A stretch of 62,594 bases of DNA, filler included, from Chiloscyllium plagiosum (taxonomy: Eukaryota), in assembly GCF_004010195.1 (NCBI RefSeq). It is 3 parts of one record of this genome, joined end to end, with 100 filler letters (N's around TTAATTAATTAA, not from the genome) between each part and the next. Parts side by side here need not be neighbours in the genome. Positions count along the whole stretch, not along the records: positions 27,670 to 54,083 come from NC_057713.1; 2 more parts are not named here. One strand, 5' to 3'. Under the pieces are notes generated by a model. It saw only the letters and a program-made list of their open reading frames with translations. It was not told the DNA's origin and searched no databases. A program made the translations under genes and the position numbers. Positions 27,570-39,200 of the stretch are shown piece by piece. Position 1 is the stretch's first letter. Each line of letters starts with the position of its first letter.

Positions 27570-27669
27570 NNNNNNNNNNNNNNNNNNNNNNNNNNNNNNN
27601 NNNNNNNNNNNNNTTAATTAATTAANNNNNNNNNNNNNNNNNNNNNNNNNNNNNNNNNNNNNNNNNNNN
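27570..27669. other. Assembly join: 44 N + TTAATTAATTAA + 44 N
   Basis: Exactly 100 bp; the 12-mer at 27614-27625 has stops in all six frames; same construct at 54084-54183. Confidence 0.9.
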
Positions 27670-27850
27670 CCCTCTCACTGACACTATCTTCCACACACAG
27701 TCACTGTGACTCCCCTCTCACTCTGACACTATCTTCCACACACTGTCACTGTGACCCCCCCTCTCTCTCTGACACTATCTTCCACACACTGTCACTGTGA
27801 CCCCCCCTCTCTTTCTGACACTATCTTCCACACACTGACACTGTGATCCC
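27670..27850. repeat. ~46-bp minisatellite (4 copies)
   Basis: Unit gacactatcttccacacactgtcactgtgacccccctctctctct; units start at 27680, 27725, 27771, 27817. Confidence 0.95.
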
Positions 27851-27879
27851 TCCTATCCCCTCCTCTGTCTCTCCCAGGC

Positions 27880-28140
27880 TCCTCCTGTCACTGACGCTCT
27901 CCGGAAGTGCCTCCCCGTGACCGGAAGTGTTTCTCCTCTGTTCCCGGTGTCTTGCGGATGGTTTTGATTCGCCCGGAAGGCGGAGGTAACTGTAAGGGGG
28001 GGTTATCGGGCATCTGGCTGGCAGGGTCAGGACGTGTGGGTCTGTCCTATCTCTCAGGGAGGTGTTAGGCCGTGAACGTGCTGCTGTCGGGGGCTTGGAG
28101 CAGGGACCTTGGGCCGGGCTCCTCCCGGAAGCTGCTTCCT
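27880..28140 (+). promoter_or_regulatory. CpG-rich Pol II promoter with ETS/GABP sites
   Basis: Only clearly CpG-rich non-repeat patch in the window. CCGGAAGTG at 27901 and 27921 (20 bp apart), CCGGAAG at 27973 and 28125, TGACG half-site at 27892, pyrimidine tract 27930-27939. Confidence 0.85.
27930..27985 (+). other. Probable exon 1 of a spliced + strand transcript (5' end approximate)
   Basis: Donor GAG|GTAACT at 27985/27986, directly downstream of the promoter. Confidence 0.6.
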
Positions 28141-28173
28141 CCTTGTGATGGGTCTGTGTGTTTGGGTTTGTAG

Positions 28174-28271
28174 GTGGTGAGATGCTCCATTTGGATCCAT
28201 GAACTAAAACCTCTCGGTAACAGTCGGCTAGTTGTAAAGGTGCAGGTTACTAGCGCCCAGGATGCCTGCAG
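28174..28271 (+). other. Probable exon 2 (98 nt; only short ORFs)
   Basis: Acceptor tttgggtttgtAG|, consensus donor CAG|GTAAGG. Confidence 0.6.
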
Positions 28272-28743
28272 GTAAGGATTTGCCTCAATCCCTTTTGAAT
28301 TAGTTTCCTGTGACCCTGGTGTTAGTGACTAGTGACTGACAGAGGACTGGAATGTGTTCAAGCTAGAGTACTAAAGAAGGCTGCAAATTTGCTGGTTAAC
28401 TTACTCGGTGTTTACTGAGGCTACTCTCAACCGAAAGTTTGTGGGGATAGATTTTTTTTTAAATGCAAGATTTTAGCCTGAACAACATTCTTTATTTTCA
28501 CTGTCATCTTTTGAGTTGATGGGATAATTTATGTTCACTCTTTCTTAATGATTGTGTTCTTGCAATCTTCTTGAAATATTACATTTTATGAAATGTAAAT
28601 TTAGATCATGTAACTTCAGATTTGGAGACTACATGACAAGTCATTTCCTTTCTGTGTGTGGGATTCTTATGTGAGTTTATATACTAGTGGTGCGTTTATA
28701 TGTAATATGTAGAACTTAAGATAGTATTTAACTTCTTCCTGTG

Positions 28744-28907
28744 TAACCCTAACCCTAACCCTACCTGTAACCCTAGCCTAAAGTCTCTCTAGACCTAACC
28801 CTCAATCTAACCCTTTTGCACAATCTGTAGTGCTAGCCCTAGCCCTAATGCTAACCTTAACCCTATCGTGCTAGACTTAGCCTTAGCCCTAACCTAAACC
28901 TAACCCT
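28744..28907 (+). repeat. Degenerate interstitial telomere-like (CCCTAA)n tract
   Basis: taaccctaaccctaaccct...taaccctag...ccctagccctaa...ccctaacctaaacctaaccct. Confidence 0.8.
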
Positions 28908-29509
28908 GTCTGCATCATTCCTATGCAAGGATGCATTTTTGTTGTATCATTATTCTGATTCAAAACAATGCAGTATTTTGTATGTGAAGGATAGTGGGAA
29001 TTTTAAAATCTGTTGTTTCATATATATACCTTGTGATGTCGAGTCAGGCAGTATCAACTTGTTGAATGAGTCATAAACTGCTCTAATTCACAAAATGTGG
29101 AACTGTTTAATTTAAAAGTTGGTTGAATTTGTTCATTTCTGCATTTCCACTAGATATGATTGGCTTAATATTTTAGACTTGATATTTAATTCTTGACTAG
29201 TATTTACTATTGGAATTTCATACAGTAGTTTGGCTTTTTAAAATTTGCTCGTAGGATGTGAGTTTAGCTGGCTAGGCCAGCATCTGTTGCCTATCACTAA
29301 TTGTCCACATGGCTGTGGATCTGAAATCTCATGTAGGTCAGACCTAGCAAGTAATATTTGCACCACACAAGTGTAAATAAGAGACAATCTAACCACAGCC
29401 CTTGATATTCAGTTACGTTTCCATCACTGAATCCTCACACTCAACATTGAGGGTTGCCAGTGACCACAGATTGAACTGGACTCGTCATATAAATGCAGTG
29501 GCTCTAAGA

Positions 29510-29815
29510 ACCTCACAGCATCAGGAACTCTGGTTCGATTCCACCCTTGGGCTACTGTCTGTGTGGAGTTTGCACATTCTCCTCCTGTTTGTAGGTTCCC
29601 TGTGGGTGCTGCAGTTTTCTTCCGCAGTCTAAAGATGTGCAGGTCAGGTGGACTGGCCATGGTAAATTGCCCATTGTGTCTAGGGCTATACATGCTAGGT
29701 AGATTAGCCATTAAGGAAAAGGTTGGGGGTGTGGGTCTGTATGGAATGCTCTTTTGAGGGTCAGTATGGACTCAATAGGCTGAATGGCCTGCTTGCATAC
29801 TAGGGATTCTATGAT
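29510..29815 (+). mobile_element. HE1-type V-SINE (decayed), inserted in an L2-group LINE fragment
   Basis: ggttcgattcc B box, ctgtgtggagtttgcacattctcc, V-domain, tail gggattctatgatt. Confidence 0.8.
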
Positions 29816-32575
29816 TTTAAGAGCAGGTCAGAGGCTAGGGATACTGCAACAAGTAACTCACCTCCTGACTCCCCAAAGGCTATTGGTTATCTGCAAAGCA
29901 CAAATTAGGAGTGTGGTGAAATATTCCCTAATTGCCTGGATGCCTGTAGCTCCTGTAGGTTAGCTCTATTCAGGGTAAAGCAATCACAAACATCCACTCC
30001 TTCCGCTACAAATACTCAGTAGCAGCGTTGTATACGATCTATAAGATGCAGTGCAGAAATTCGGCCCTGATCGCTAGACAGCACCTTTTAAAGTCATGAA
30101 TACTTTCTTCTAGAAGGACAAAGAAAGCAGACACCTCTAAGTTCCCCTCCAAGCTGCTCACCATCTTGATTTGGAAATATATTGCTATTTCTTTCCTCAC
30201 TGGGCCACAATCCTGGAATTCCAACCCCCGCCCAATTTTTTTTTTAAAAATCACGTTTTATTGTACTCAAGATTCCCAGAATATTGACCTGAGGATCTAG
30301 ATTACTAGCCCAGTGACATTACCACTTTGCCACAGTGAGGTATTGGACCAAGATCTTGCAGAAGAGAAGACACAGTAGAAAATAAATTTATTCAATCTAA
30401 CTTTTGTTCCAAGTAGTAAAATACTCACATTTCAATAATGCAAATGCTCATCAGAATTCTGTTTAAAAATCCCTGAGGATTGATTGTTCTGAAGTTGTTT
30501 CAGAAGTTTGTGACCAGTTATTATCTAGATCTGTCTTTAGAAGCAACTTTTGAAATCTAAACTGGTTTCAATGTCCTAGGATAGTAGAAGGTGCATTAGT
30601 TGTGAGATTTTGCATATTCTTTATTTTAACCACATTATATAACTTGCGTTTTGCTTCACTTGTTGGTGTTCAGTTTGTTATAGGACAAAATGGTGTAATA
30701 AAGACAAAATGCTGCACAGCTTGTCAACCTGAGAATAACGCATTTATTCCTACCGTCTTTTCTTTCCACTAAGCAGTACTTATATTTTCTCATTTTGTTT
30801 GTTAATTACCTAACTGGGATGTTATCAGAAGCCTTCAAAATGTCTAAAGTCACCACATTGGATTGGTCTTAATTCCCTAAGTTTCAGTGAGCGTTGCATT
30901 GGTCAGTAGCAGCTGTTTGATTGGCAGTGACACCTTTCCTTGTTTTATTGATGACTGAGAACTGACTGTGGAACAGTTCCTCACTAACTGGATATGTCCT
31001 GCCTTTTGTGAAAGGAAATAGTGTGGGAATTTTCCACTTGGGTAGATGTCAGTGCTGTTCTTGTATAGCGCAGTTAGAGGTGAAGCTAGCCTTGTAGCAT
31101 ACGTTTTTAATGTTTACAGCCCATAGACTTTGTACCTAGTATGCTGAGCTGTTAATGATGTCAACTGGAAGTTAGATTGGCTGAAGATTGCCACGATCAC
31201 AAATGCCAATCTCAGGTAGAGACCAGAATGCATCATCTACTTAGCAATTCTGTCTAAAGACAGTTGTGAATGCAGGACACTTGTTTTTTACACTCAGGTA
31301 ATGAGCTCTGCCATTGTTGAGGATGGGGATAAAGGCCTCTGCTTCTGTTTGTTTCATTGCCCACCATAGTTAATAATCAGATGTGGCCGATCAAAAAGCT
31401 TTGAATTAGTCATGCTACGTGCATGGATAAATTTCCTCTTCGAATCAGGGTTGTTAATGTGGAGGAAATAACAGGTCATAGGATTAGACGTTACACCATG
31501 GAGTACAATTCTATTGCCTCTCCTGACCTCCATTTGAGCTGTTAGATGCCAAATCTATCCTATTTAGTGTACCAGACATGTCACATAACAAGAAAAAGGT
31601 GTCTTCAGTGTGAAGACATTACATCACATAGTGATCTCTCCCCTCAGTATTGTCACATAGTTGTGTGTCTACGACAAGTAGTTTGGCAACATGCCTGGGC
31701 TTGCCATTCTCATAATTAGCCTAATCCCAAGAGACTATAGGAATTGGCATCAATGTTCACTCCAAGGGATACATGTTCCCAGTGTGAAAGGATACTGCAT
31801 CTTTTCATTTGGATGTAAGCCCTCTTTTTTTTCTCTTTCATGTGAGGCTCAATATATTAAAGACCCAAGCTGAATATAGAAAATATGAAGAAGAGCTGCA
31901 AAGGGAAAGAAGGAAAAATAGGGCATAGAAAATAGGAGAGGGATAGGCCATTTGGCCTTTGAGCCTGCTTCACCATTCAATATAATGGCTGATCATCCAA
32001 CTCATTACCCTGTTTTGATTTTCTCTGCTTATCCTTTTAAGCTTTTGCCTTAACCGTCTTCTGCAGCAGTGTATTCTACAGGCCTACAACTGAATTAAGA
32101 AATTTCTCAAAGCAAAATGTATGAGAAGAGATGATTAACCTAAAATTATTTTTAAAAAATGATTAAAATGAGTATTTTATATCAATATTGTTAAAGAACT
32201 TGGAGAGGATAAACTTAAAGAAGTGTTTTAAGGTTGGTAGCATTCAAAGTAACAAAAGTAAAATTAGCTCCTAAGTTCACTTGTTTTAAATGCATAATTC
32301 TGTGAACTGAGACTTTTTAAAGGTGTCTTGGAGAACAGCAGTGTTGATCTTTTAACTGTGTTTGGGAAAGGAAATATCTAATGGTTACTGCATTGTGTTG
32401 GTTTCAGATTAATAAAATGTTTAAATTCTGAAGATTTCTTCATTTTTACTTCTGTCCTTTCTCACGTACAAACAGCTTCTGAGATGTAAAATCTTTTTGT
32501 GACATAACTGTCTTCAAGAAATTTGGGGTAAATATTTCGTTGCAGTGCATTTCAGTTTTTTATATCTATTTTCAG

Positions 32576-32634
32576 GATCAAAATGGGGGAAAAATTGCAA
32601 TGAAAAGTGTTTTTGCACACGTGACAAGTCTTTG
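32576..32634 (+). other. Probable exon 3 (59 nt)
   Basis: Strong acceptor ttttttatatctattttcAG|, donor TTG|GTGAGG. Confidence 0.5.
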
Positions 32635-35186
32635 GTGAGGATAAAGAGTAGGCCTCATTTGTTAAGTACATACGTTAAAATCTGTACGAGTAGCCAAGTG
32701 TTGGCTTCACAAAATTCTTGTTACTTAAAGCATGCTGCATTGAAATTAAGTTCAACATCAAATCAGGACCTATGTTTCCACTTAAAAAAGAATCATCCTG
32801 AGAGAAGAACTATCTCTGGTTGGTCTCAGGATAACTAGAGATTTTGTTTCACTTTAACTATATTTTTGATCTGGGCTGTCGTTTATTGAGGTTTTTTGGG
32901 ATCTTGACATTTTTAATTTGTCGTCATTGATCATTGAGATAGTCTTGGTCATCTGGGACAAGAACTGTAGAACAATTTAATATTTTTGTGCTGCATCTCT
33001 GTGATGGGAGATAAATCATTTCTGATACATAGAACACAGAACATTACAGCGCAGGACAAGCCCTTCGGCCCTCTGTTGCAATTATGCATTTTGTGTTTCA
33101 AAAACAAAACAAAGAATAATGTATTTTTCATAAGAATAGTTTCCTTCCTGGTCTTTAATCAAGATCAGAAAAGTCTAGATACATGATGGTTCACAGATTG
33201 ATTTAATTTCACAATGTTTCATTTGCACAAGAATAATGTCCAGATTGGTGACCATGTATAAATGCTTTAATCTTAAACCTTGCTCGTCAAGTCTGGTATA
33301 AATCTTTTTGAAGTTACATTTCCCCTCACTTATCCTGTGCTAAAGATTTATGTAAGAGCAAAAGCACTGGATCCGTGGTAGGTTGAGCATTTACAATACA
33401 AATTCAAGTTTTAAATTACTGTTTATTAATTATGTAAGAAGGTACATGTGGAGTGTGATGCCAGTTATCTTACAATGAAGAATAAATTTGACTTGAGGTT
33501 CCTGGCTATGTCTTGGTTGTTGGTTGTAATGATCTCCAATACAGCTGACTCAGAAATTGCTGTGTGTTGAACTCTGAGTCACAGGATACTAGATAAATAA
33601 AATTGGGAGAAAGAGACAGTCTTTGTTCTTCATTCAAGCAATTTTAATCTCTGGATTGGAACTGAAGTAGTAACATATTTTTCAAAAAATTCTTAGCAAT
33701 GTTATTTTAAAATGTGACGCTATCATCATCAAATGTGACTTTTATTAGTGATCAGATTCTTGCAGGTAGGGGCAATTCTTGGCAGCAATAGATTAATCAA
33801 TGCAGTTATATCACATTAAGATATGGAAGAGTGTTGATATTGAGGAGAGCATTGCAGTGCTGGAGAGACAGGAAAAGAAAAAAGAATGGAGAGGCACAAG
33901 AAAATCTATGACTGAATAACAGACTTCCTTCAAAGAAGAGAAAGTTTGGGTACAGTTTTCATTTATTCTGTCAAAGAGGACACGTACGCAAACCAATTCA
34001 AAACTTGTTGGATTGCAAAAGAGAGAGAAACTTAAGACATAACAAAATGTGTGCTGGTGACAGATGTCAAGTGGATGACATGATGGAGACTGTGGATGGT
34101 TCAGAAAAGCAAATAAAAGAAGCAAGGACATGGGAAGAGAAATTGGTAATTGATATGAAAGTTTATTCCAAAGTCTTCTACAGATGTGTAAGTGGTAAGA
34201 GGAGTGGGGTTGATTAGGAATAAAGTAGCACTCAGTGTGGTTTGAATGGTCATGAGCAATATGCTTTAGAAATCGTTGGTGGGCAGCCAGTGTTTTCATT
34301 CTAATTAGGTTAAATGTTGTATATTTGTCAGTTGTACTTGTATCCCTGTGGACAGGAGGCATGAGGTGTGTGTTTTGATTGAAATGTACTTGATGAACAG
34401 TCCAACAGTTAGAACATTAACTTTTCTTTTAGAATTGCCCCGACCTGTTTTGAACAGTGATAAATAGTATTACTCTCAAGTCTCATGCATCATGTCGCAT
34501 TACATAACAGATTCTAATCTAGCTACAGGTTGTTGATGCTTCAATTTATTGCTATTTTAAGTTGTGTATTTTTGAGGAGTCAAAAGAAATGGGATTTTGA
34601 TGACTTATAACTCCTTGAAAATATGCAGTATGTGAAAATTACTGCCTTTGAACCACATAATAAAAATGCTTGAAGTATTAACAATTTTGTGTGAAAGAGA
34701 AGGGTCCTTTAATGATCTCCATATGCTTACATCATAATGAGAATTAAAAACTATATTAAAGGTGTCCCTTTTCACTTTTGAGCTTTTTTTGGTCATTTTG
34801 CTTCCCTGCATTCATTTCTGGTTTTGATATGTAGTTATACTTGTTACAAAATTGACATTCTCTAGAATGGTGTTAGCAGTTTCAGGTACTGGCATTGAGA
34901 TAGCAGGTTCCTTTATTTAGAGCCACACTGCTGAATGGTAATATAGGCATAATACTGTATAGGTTAGAAATGAGCATGTTGAGGTGGCAAACTCTGTCCA
35001 TGGCTGATATTGTCAGCTCCCTCTCTGCATGCTGAGTCCGGGTCTGCCAAAGCTGATTTAAAAATTTTCATCCTTGTTTTCAAAACCCTCCCTACCTCTG
35101 TAACTTTTTGTAGTTCAAATCCTGAGATCTTCAGTGTTGCTCCAATTTTGGCCTCTTGTTCATCCCTGATTTTCATTACTCATATT

Positions 35187-35640
35187 GGGAGGTGACGGCC
35201 TAGTGGTATTATCGCTGGACTGTTAATCCAGAGACACAAGTAATGTTCTGGGGACCTGGGTTTGCATCCAATTAAATTCTGAAATTAAGAATCTAATGAT
35301 GACCATGAATCCGTTGTTGATTGTCAGAAATCAACTGTCTGGTTCACTAAAGTCCTTTTCAGGAAGGAAACTGCTGTCCTTACCTGGTTTGGACTACATG
35401 TGACTCCATAGTAATGTGCTTGACTCTTAACTGGCTTCTGGGCAATTGGAGATGGGCAATAAATGCTGCCTGATGAAGGGCTTTTGCCTGAAGGGTCGAT
35501 TCTCCTGCTCCTCGGATGCTGCCTGACCTGCTGTGCTTTTCCAAGACCACACTCTTGACTCTGATCCCCAGCATCTGCAGTCTTCACTTCTGCCTAATAA
35601 ATGCTGCCTAGCCAGCGATGCCCACATCCTGTGAATGAAT
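35187..35640 (+). mobile_element. SacSINE1-type Deu-SINE interrupted by a PLE terminus, lying inside an L2 3' end
   Basis: Head ggcctagtggtattatcgctggactgttaatccagag; Deu domain ctggttcactaa...ccttacctggtttggactacatgtgactcca; insert 35472-35595 flanked by AATAAATGCTGCCT twice. Confidence 0.85.
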
Positions 35641-36337
35641 TTAGGAAATAGCCGAAGGCTTGGCAATGTCCTAAATGTTTCCTCTAAGTCTACCTCTTTG
35701 ATCAAAGTTTTGGTCACTTATCCTAAAATCTCCTTTTGTGATTTGGTGTGAGTCAAGGTTTATTTGGTGCGATTCTGTGAAGTGCATTGTGAGGTTTTAC
35801 TACATTAAAGATGATATTCTAGTGTAAGATTTTTATAAAAGTGTGTGAAGAAAAAGTAGTTTTGAATCCGCATCATGCCAGTTTAGTTATTCAATAACTT
35901 GCTAACTGGGTCATATGTTCAATTAGATTAATCATCAAACTTTAAATACCCAAACCTTTCCACCGCTTTTTTAAGAATCACACTAATTCTGACCTACTTT
36001 TTAAAATTTAAATAATCAAAATTTTTTATAGTTTTTAAAGCATCAAAGCATTTTCATTTTTAGAATAATTGGGCCCTTTTACTTTGGACTTTCTACACTG
36101 TATTAAGTAGTTTTCTCACTTTCCATTCTGCTTTTCCCTTGATTCATCTTTTCCAAATTCTTTGCTCCATGCTTTCTCATGGTGTTGTCAGTTGTGATCG
36201 CCCTCTGTTCCCTTCATCACAGTGTTATAGAGTTCACTGTAATATCATGTGCAGCATTGTTGGTGTCATTTTTCAAATGAGATATTGGTCAGAAGCCAGG
36301 TCTTCTCCCTTCGAAGAGGTAAAGGATTGCATGGCAT

Positions 36338-36900
36338 GAATGGGAGGGGTTGGGATTTCAGGGAAAGGTAGCTGGAAAAGCAATGGGTAAATGAAGGTGA
36401 GGGAGAAGGTGATAGGTCAGACGGGAGAGTGATGGACGGGGTCTGGAGGGCTGTGCTGAGTTGGAGGCTTGGGACTGGGATAATGTGGGGAAGGGGAAAT
36501 GAGGAAGCTGTTGAAATCCACATTTATCCCGTGTGGCTGCAGGGTCCCAAGGTGGAATAGGAGGTGTTTCTCCTCCAGGCATCGGGTGAGAACAGTTTGG
36601 CGGTGGAGGAGGCCCAGGACCTGCAGGACCTCTCTCATTCTCCCAGTCCCAAGCCCCCAACTCAGCACCGCCCTCTGGACCCGTCCATTATTTCTCCTTC
36701 CGACCTATCACCTTCTCCCTCACCTTCATCCACCTTTCATTGCTTTCCCAGCTACCTCCCCCCACCCCATCTCCCCTCCCATTTATCTCTCAGCCCCGAC
36801 CCACAAGCCTCAATCCTGATGAAGGATGTATGCCCGAAATGTCGATTCTTCTTCTCAGATGCTGCCTGACTTGCTGTGCTTTTCCAGCACCACACACTCA
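36338..36900. mobile_element. Inverted (head-to-head) PLE 3' fragments
   Basis: - strand GIY-YIG tail LEEKHLLFHLGTLQPHGINVDFNSF (ORF 36417-36668), then a + terminus with a degenerate CTGATGA...GAAA core at ~36816. Confidence 0.8.
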
Positions 36901-37287
36901 ACCCCCAAAATCCTGGTGAATCTCGTCTGCATCCTCTCAAGTGCAGTCATGTCCTCCGATAGTTCGGTGACCAGACTACACACAGTGTTCTATCTGCGAT
37001 CTAACCAATTTTTGTAACAAGACCTCCTTGCTCCTATATTCTACACTTCAGCTAATGAATGTAAGCCTTGTATATGCCATCTTTGCCACCCTATCTTCCT
37101 GTGCTGACACTTTGGATTGTTAGACTGAAAGTACCTAATGGGTTTGTTAACATCTGATCAAAATATTTACAAGATGATGTGCACTTCAAAATATAGCTAA
37201 TTACTAGCTTAAGTTTCTTTAAGTACAAACTAATGAGCAAATCTATTAGTTAAAAAAGTTATACACATGGAAACTAATGAGTCTCAC

Positions 37288-37339
37288 TGCCTCGTGTTCT
37301 CTTTGGAACTTTGGGAAAATGGCACTTGGAGATCTATCT
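37288..37339 (-). other. Candidate - strand exon (52 nt)
   Basis: Acceptor ccactattcAG|, donor GCA|GTGAGA; open in phase 1 (EIDLQVPFSQSSKENTR). Confidence 0.25.
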
Positions 37340-37791
37340 CTGAATAGTGGACTGGTCTTAAGAACCCAGATCTCATGGTGAAGTTCCATGGCCCCAGGGA
37401 TTCAATTGGAAAGTCCCACAAGTGGGGTAAAGTCCCTTGTATTAATGCTATTCTGGTTACATGCTTTATCGCCATTTCATAGTACTTTCATTATTTTTCT
37501 TGTCACTCCATTGTGCAGAAAACAAGTTGAAAATACCTCCAAGTGGTTCTGTGTTAATTACATCAAAGAATGGTTCCAATAGACAGATACCATCCAGCCA
37601 AAACAGGCTGATTCTTTTACACCATGCCTATTTTCATGTATTTTTCCTTCAGTTTCTCATTGTCATGTGCTCTTAGCTCTGAGCCATTAAGTCTTAATGC
37701 TCTTATTTGGCAAAATCATTTTTAAGCCCAACTTCAGGGGTCTGTGAACTTGTGCACTAAGGTCCTTTTGTTCTTCAACGCTCCTGATGAA

Positions 37792-38194
37792 CCTGCCAGA
37801 CATGGAGGTCCTGGGCCTCCTTCACCACCGCTCCCTCACCACCAGACGCCTGGAGGAAGAACGCCTCATCTTCCGCCTCGGAACACTTCAACCCCAGGGC
37901 ATCAATGTGGACTTCAACAGCTTCCTCATTTCCCCTTCCCCCACCTCATCCTAGTTTCAAACTCCCAGTCCCCTTGACTTGTCCGGACTTGTCCGACCTG
38001 CCTAGCTCCTTTTCCACCTACCCCCACCCTCCTCTAGCTTATCTCTCCACGCTTCAGGCTCTCTGCCTTTATTCCTGATGAAGGGCTTTTGCCTGAAACG
38101 TCGATTTTGCTGAAGCTCCTCAATGCTGCCTGTGCTCTTCCAGCACCATTGATCCAGAATCTGGTTTCCAGCATCTGCAGTCATTGTTTTTACC
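37792..38194 (+). mobile_element. PLE 3' end with intact hammerhead core
   Basis: Near-identical to 42530-43008; CTGATGA-A-GGGC-TTTT-GCCT-GAAAC-GTC at 38075-38102. Confidence 0.85.
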
Positions 38195-38988
38195 ATTCAT
38201 TGTGCATATCCTACCCTTATTAGGTTTCCCAAACTGCATTACCTTGCACTTAGCAGGATTAGATTTCATCTGCCATTGCTGTGCCCAGTTTACCAGCTGA
38301 TCAATGTCAGATGTAGCCTGAGACCATCCTCCAACTTGCTTTCGATCCCATAGGCTCTTACCATTTGGACCAATCTCCCATGTGGGACCTTAACAAAGGC
38401 CATACTAAGGTTCATGTAAACCACATTAACTGCAGTACCCTAGTCAGTATATTTCGGCACCTTTTCAAAAAAAATCAATTAAACTAGTCAGACTGGACCC
38501 CTCTCTAACAAATCCATGCTGACTATCCCTGATCAATCCCTACCTTTCTATCTGTTGTTTAATCCTATCTCTCGGAATTTTTTCCAATAATTTCCCTGCC
38601 ACTGACAATAGATTAATTGGTCTGTAATTTTCTGTCCTGTTCCAGCTGCCCTTCTTGAACAAAGGAACCGCATTAGCTATCCTTCAGTCATCTGGCACTT
38701 TGCCTGTGGCCTGCAAAGTATTAAATATCTCTGCCAGGGTCCCAGCAATATTCTGCCTTGCTTCCCAAAGCAGCCATGGATACAACTTATCAGGCCTTGA
38801 CAATTTATGCCCACTAAGGCATCTAATACCTCCTGCTTATTAATGTTAATATGTTCTGGAACCTCGCCACCGCAACTGAAATCTCCAGTCAGTGTCTTTC
38901 TCTTTTTTGCAAATACAGCTGAGAAATATTCATGTTAGACCTCACCTGCACCCTGGATCTGTGTACAGATTGCCTCTTTGATCTCTTT

Positions 38989-39200
38989 GAGGAGAAAGTG
39001 AGGTCTGCAGATGCTGGAGATCAGAGCTGGAAATGTGTTGCTGGAAAAGCGCAGCAGGTCAGGCAGCATCCAAGGAACAGGAGAATCGACGTTTCGGGCA
39101 TAAGCCTGATTCCTGAAGAAGGGCTTATGCCCGAAACGTCGATTCTCCTGTTCCTTGGATGCTGCCTGACCTGCTGCGCTTTTCCAGCAACACATTTCCG
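38989..39200. mobile_element. 212-bp palindromic PLE-terminus element with 14-bp TSD, inserted in an old - strand CR1
   Basis: Near-perfect inverted arms; TSD TCTTTGATCTCTTT at 38975-38988 and 39201-39214; intact core CTGAAGA-A-GGGC-TTAT-GCCC-GAAAC-GTC at 39113-39140. Confidence 0.9.

Noticed and set aside
27614..27625. TTAATTAATTAA island inside N runs (also 54128-54139)
   Set aside because: Identical 44N-12-44N construct twice, with stops in six frames: a scaffolding linker, not biology.
27179..27625. Overlapping 70-148 aa ORFs on both strands
   Set aside because: Produced by the stop-poor 31-bp minisatellite plus the N gap.
27398..27850. Regularly spaced repeats resembling a CRISPR array
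   Set aside because: Head-to-tail tandem units without unique spacers, in a vertebrate genome, with no cas genes.
33811..34362. 183-aa - strand ORF
   Set aside because: The opposite strand is a decayed CR1 segment (WEEKLVIDMKVYSKVFYRCVSGKR); the ORF has no coding features.
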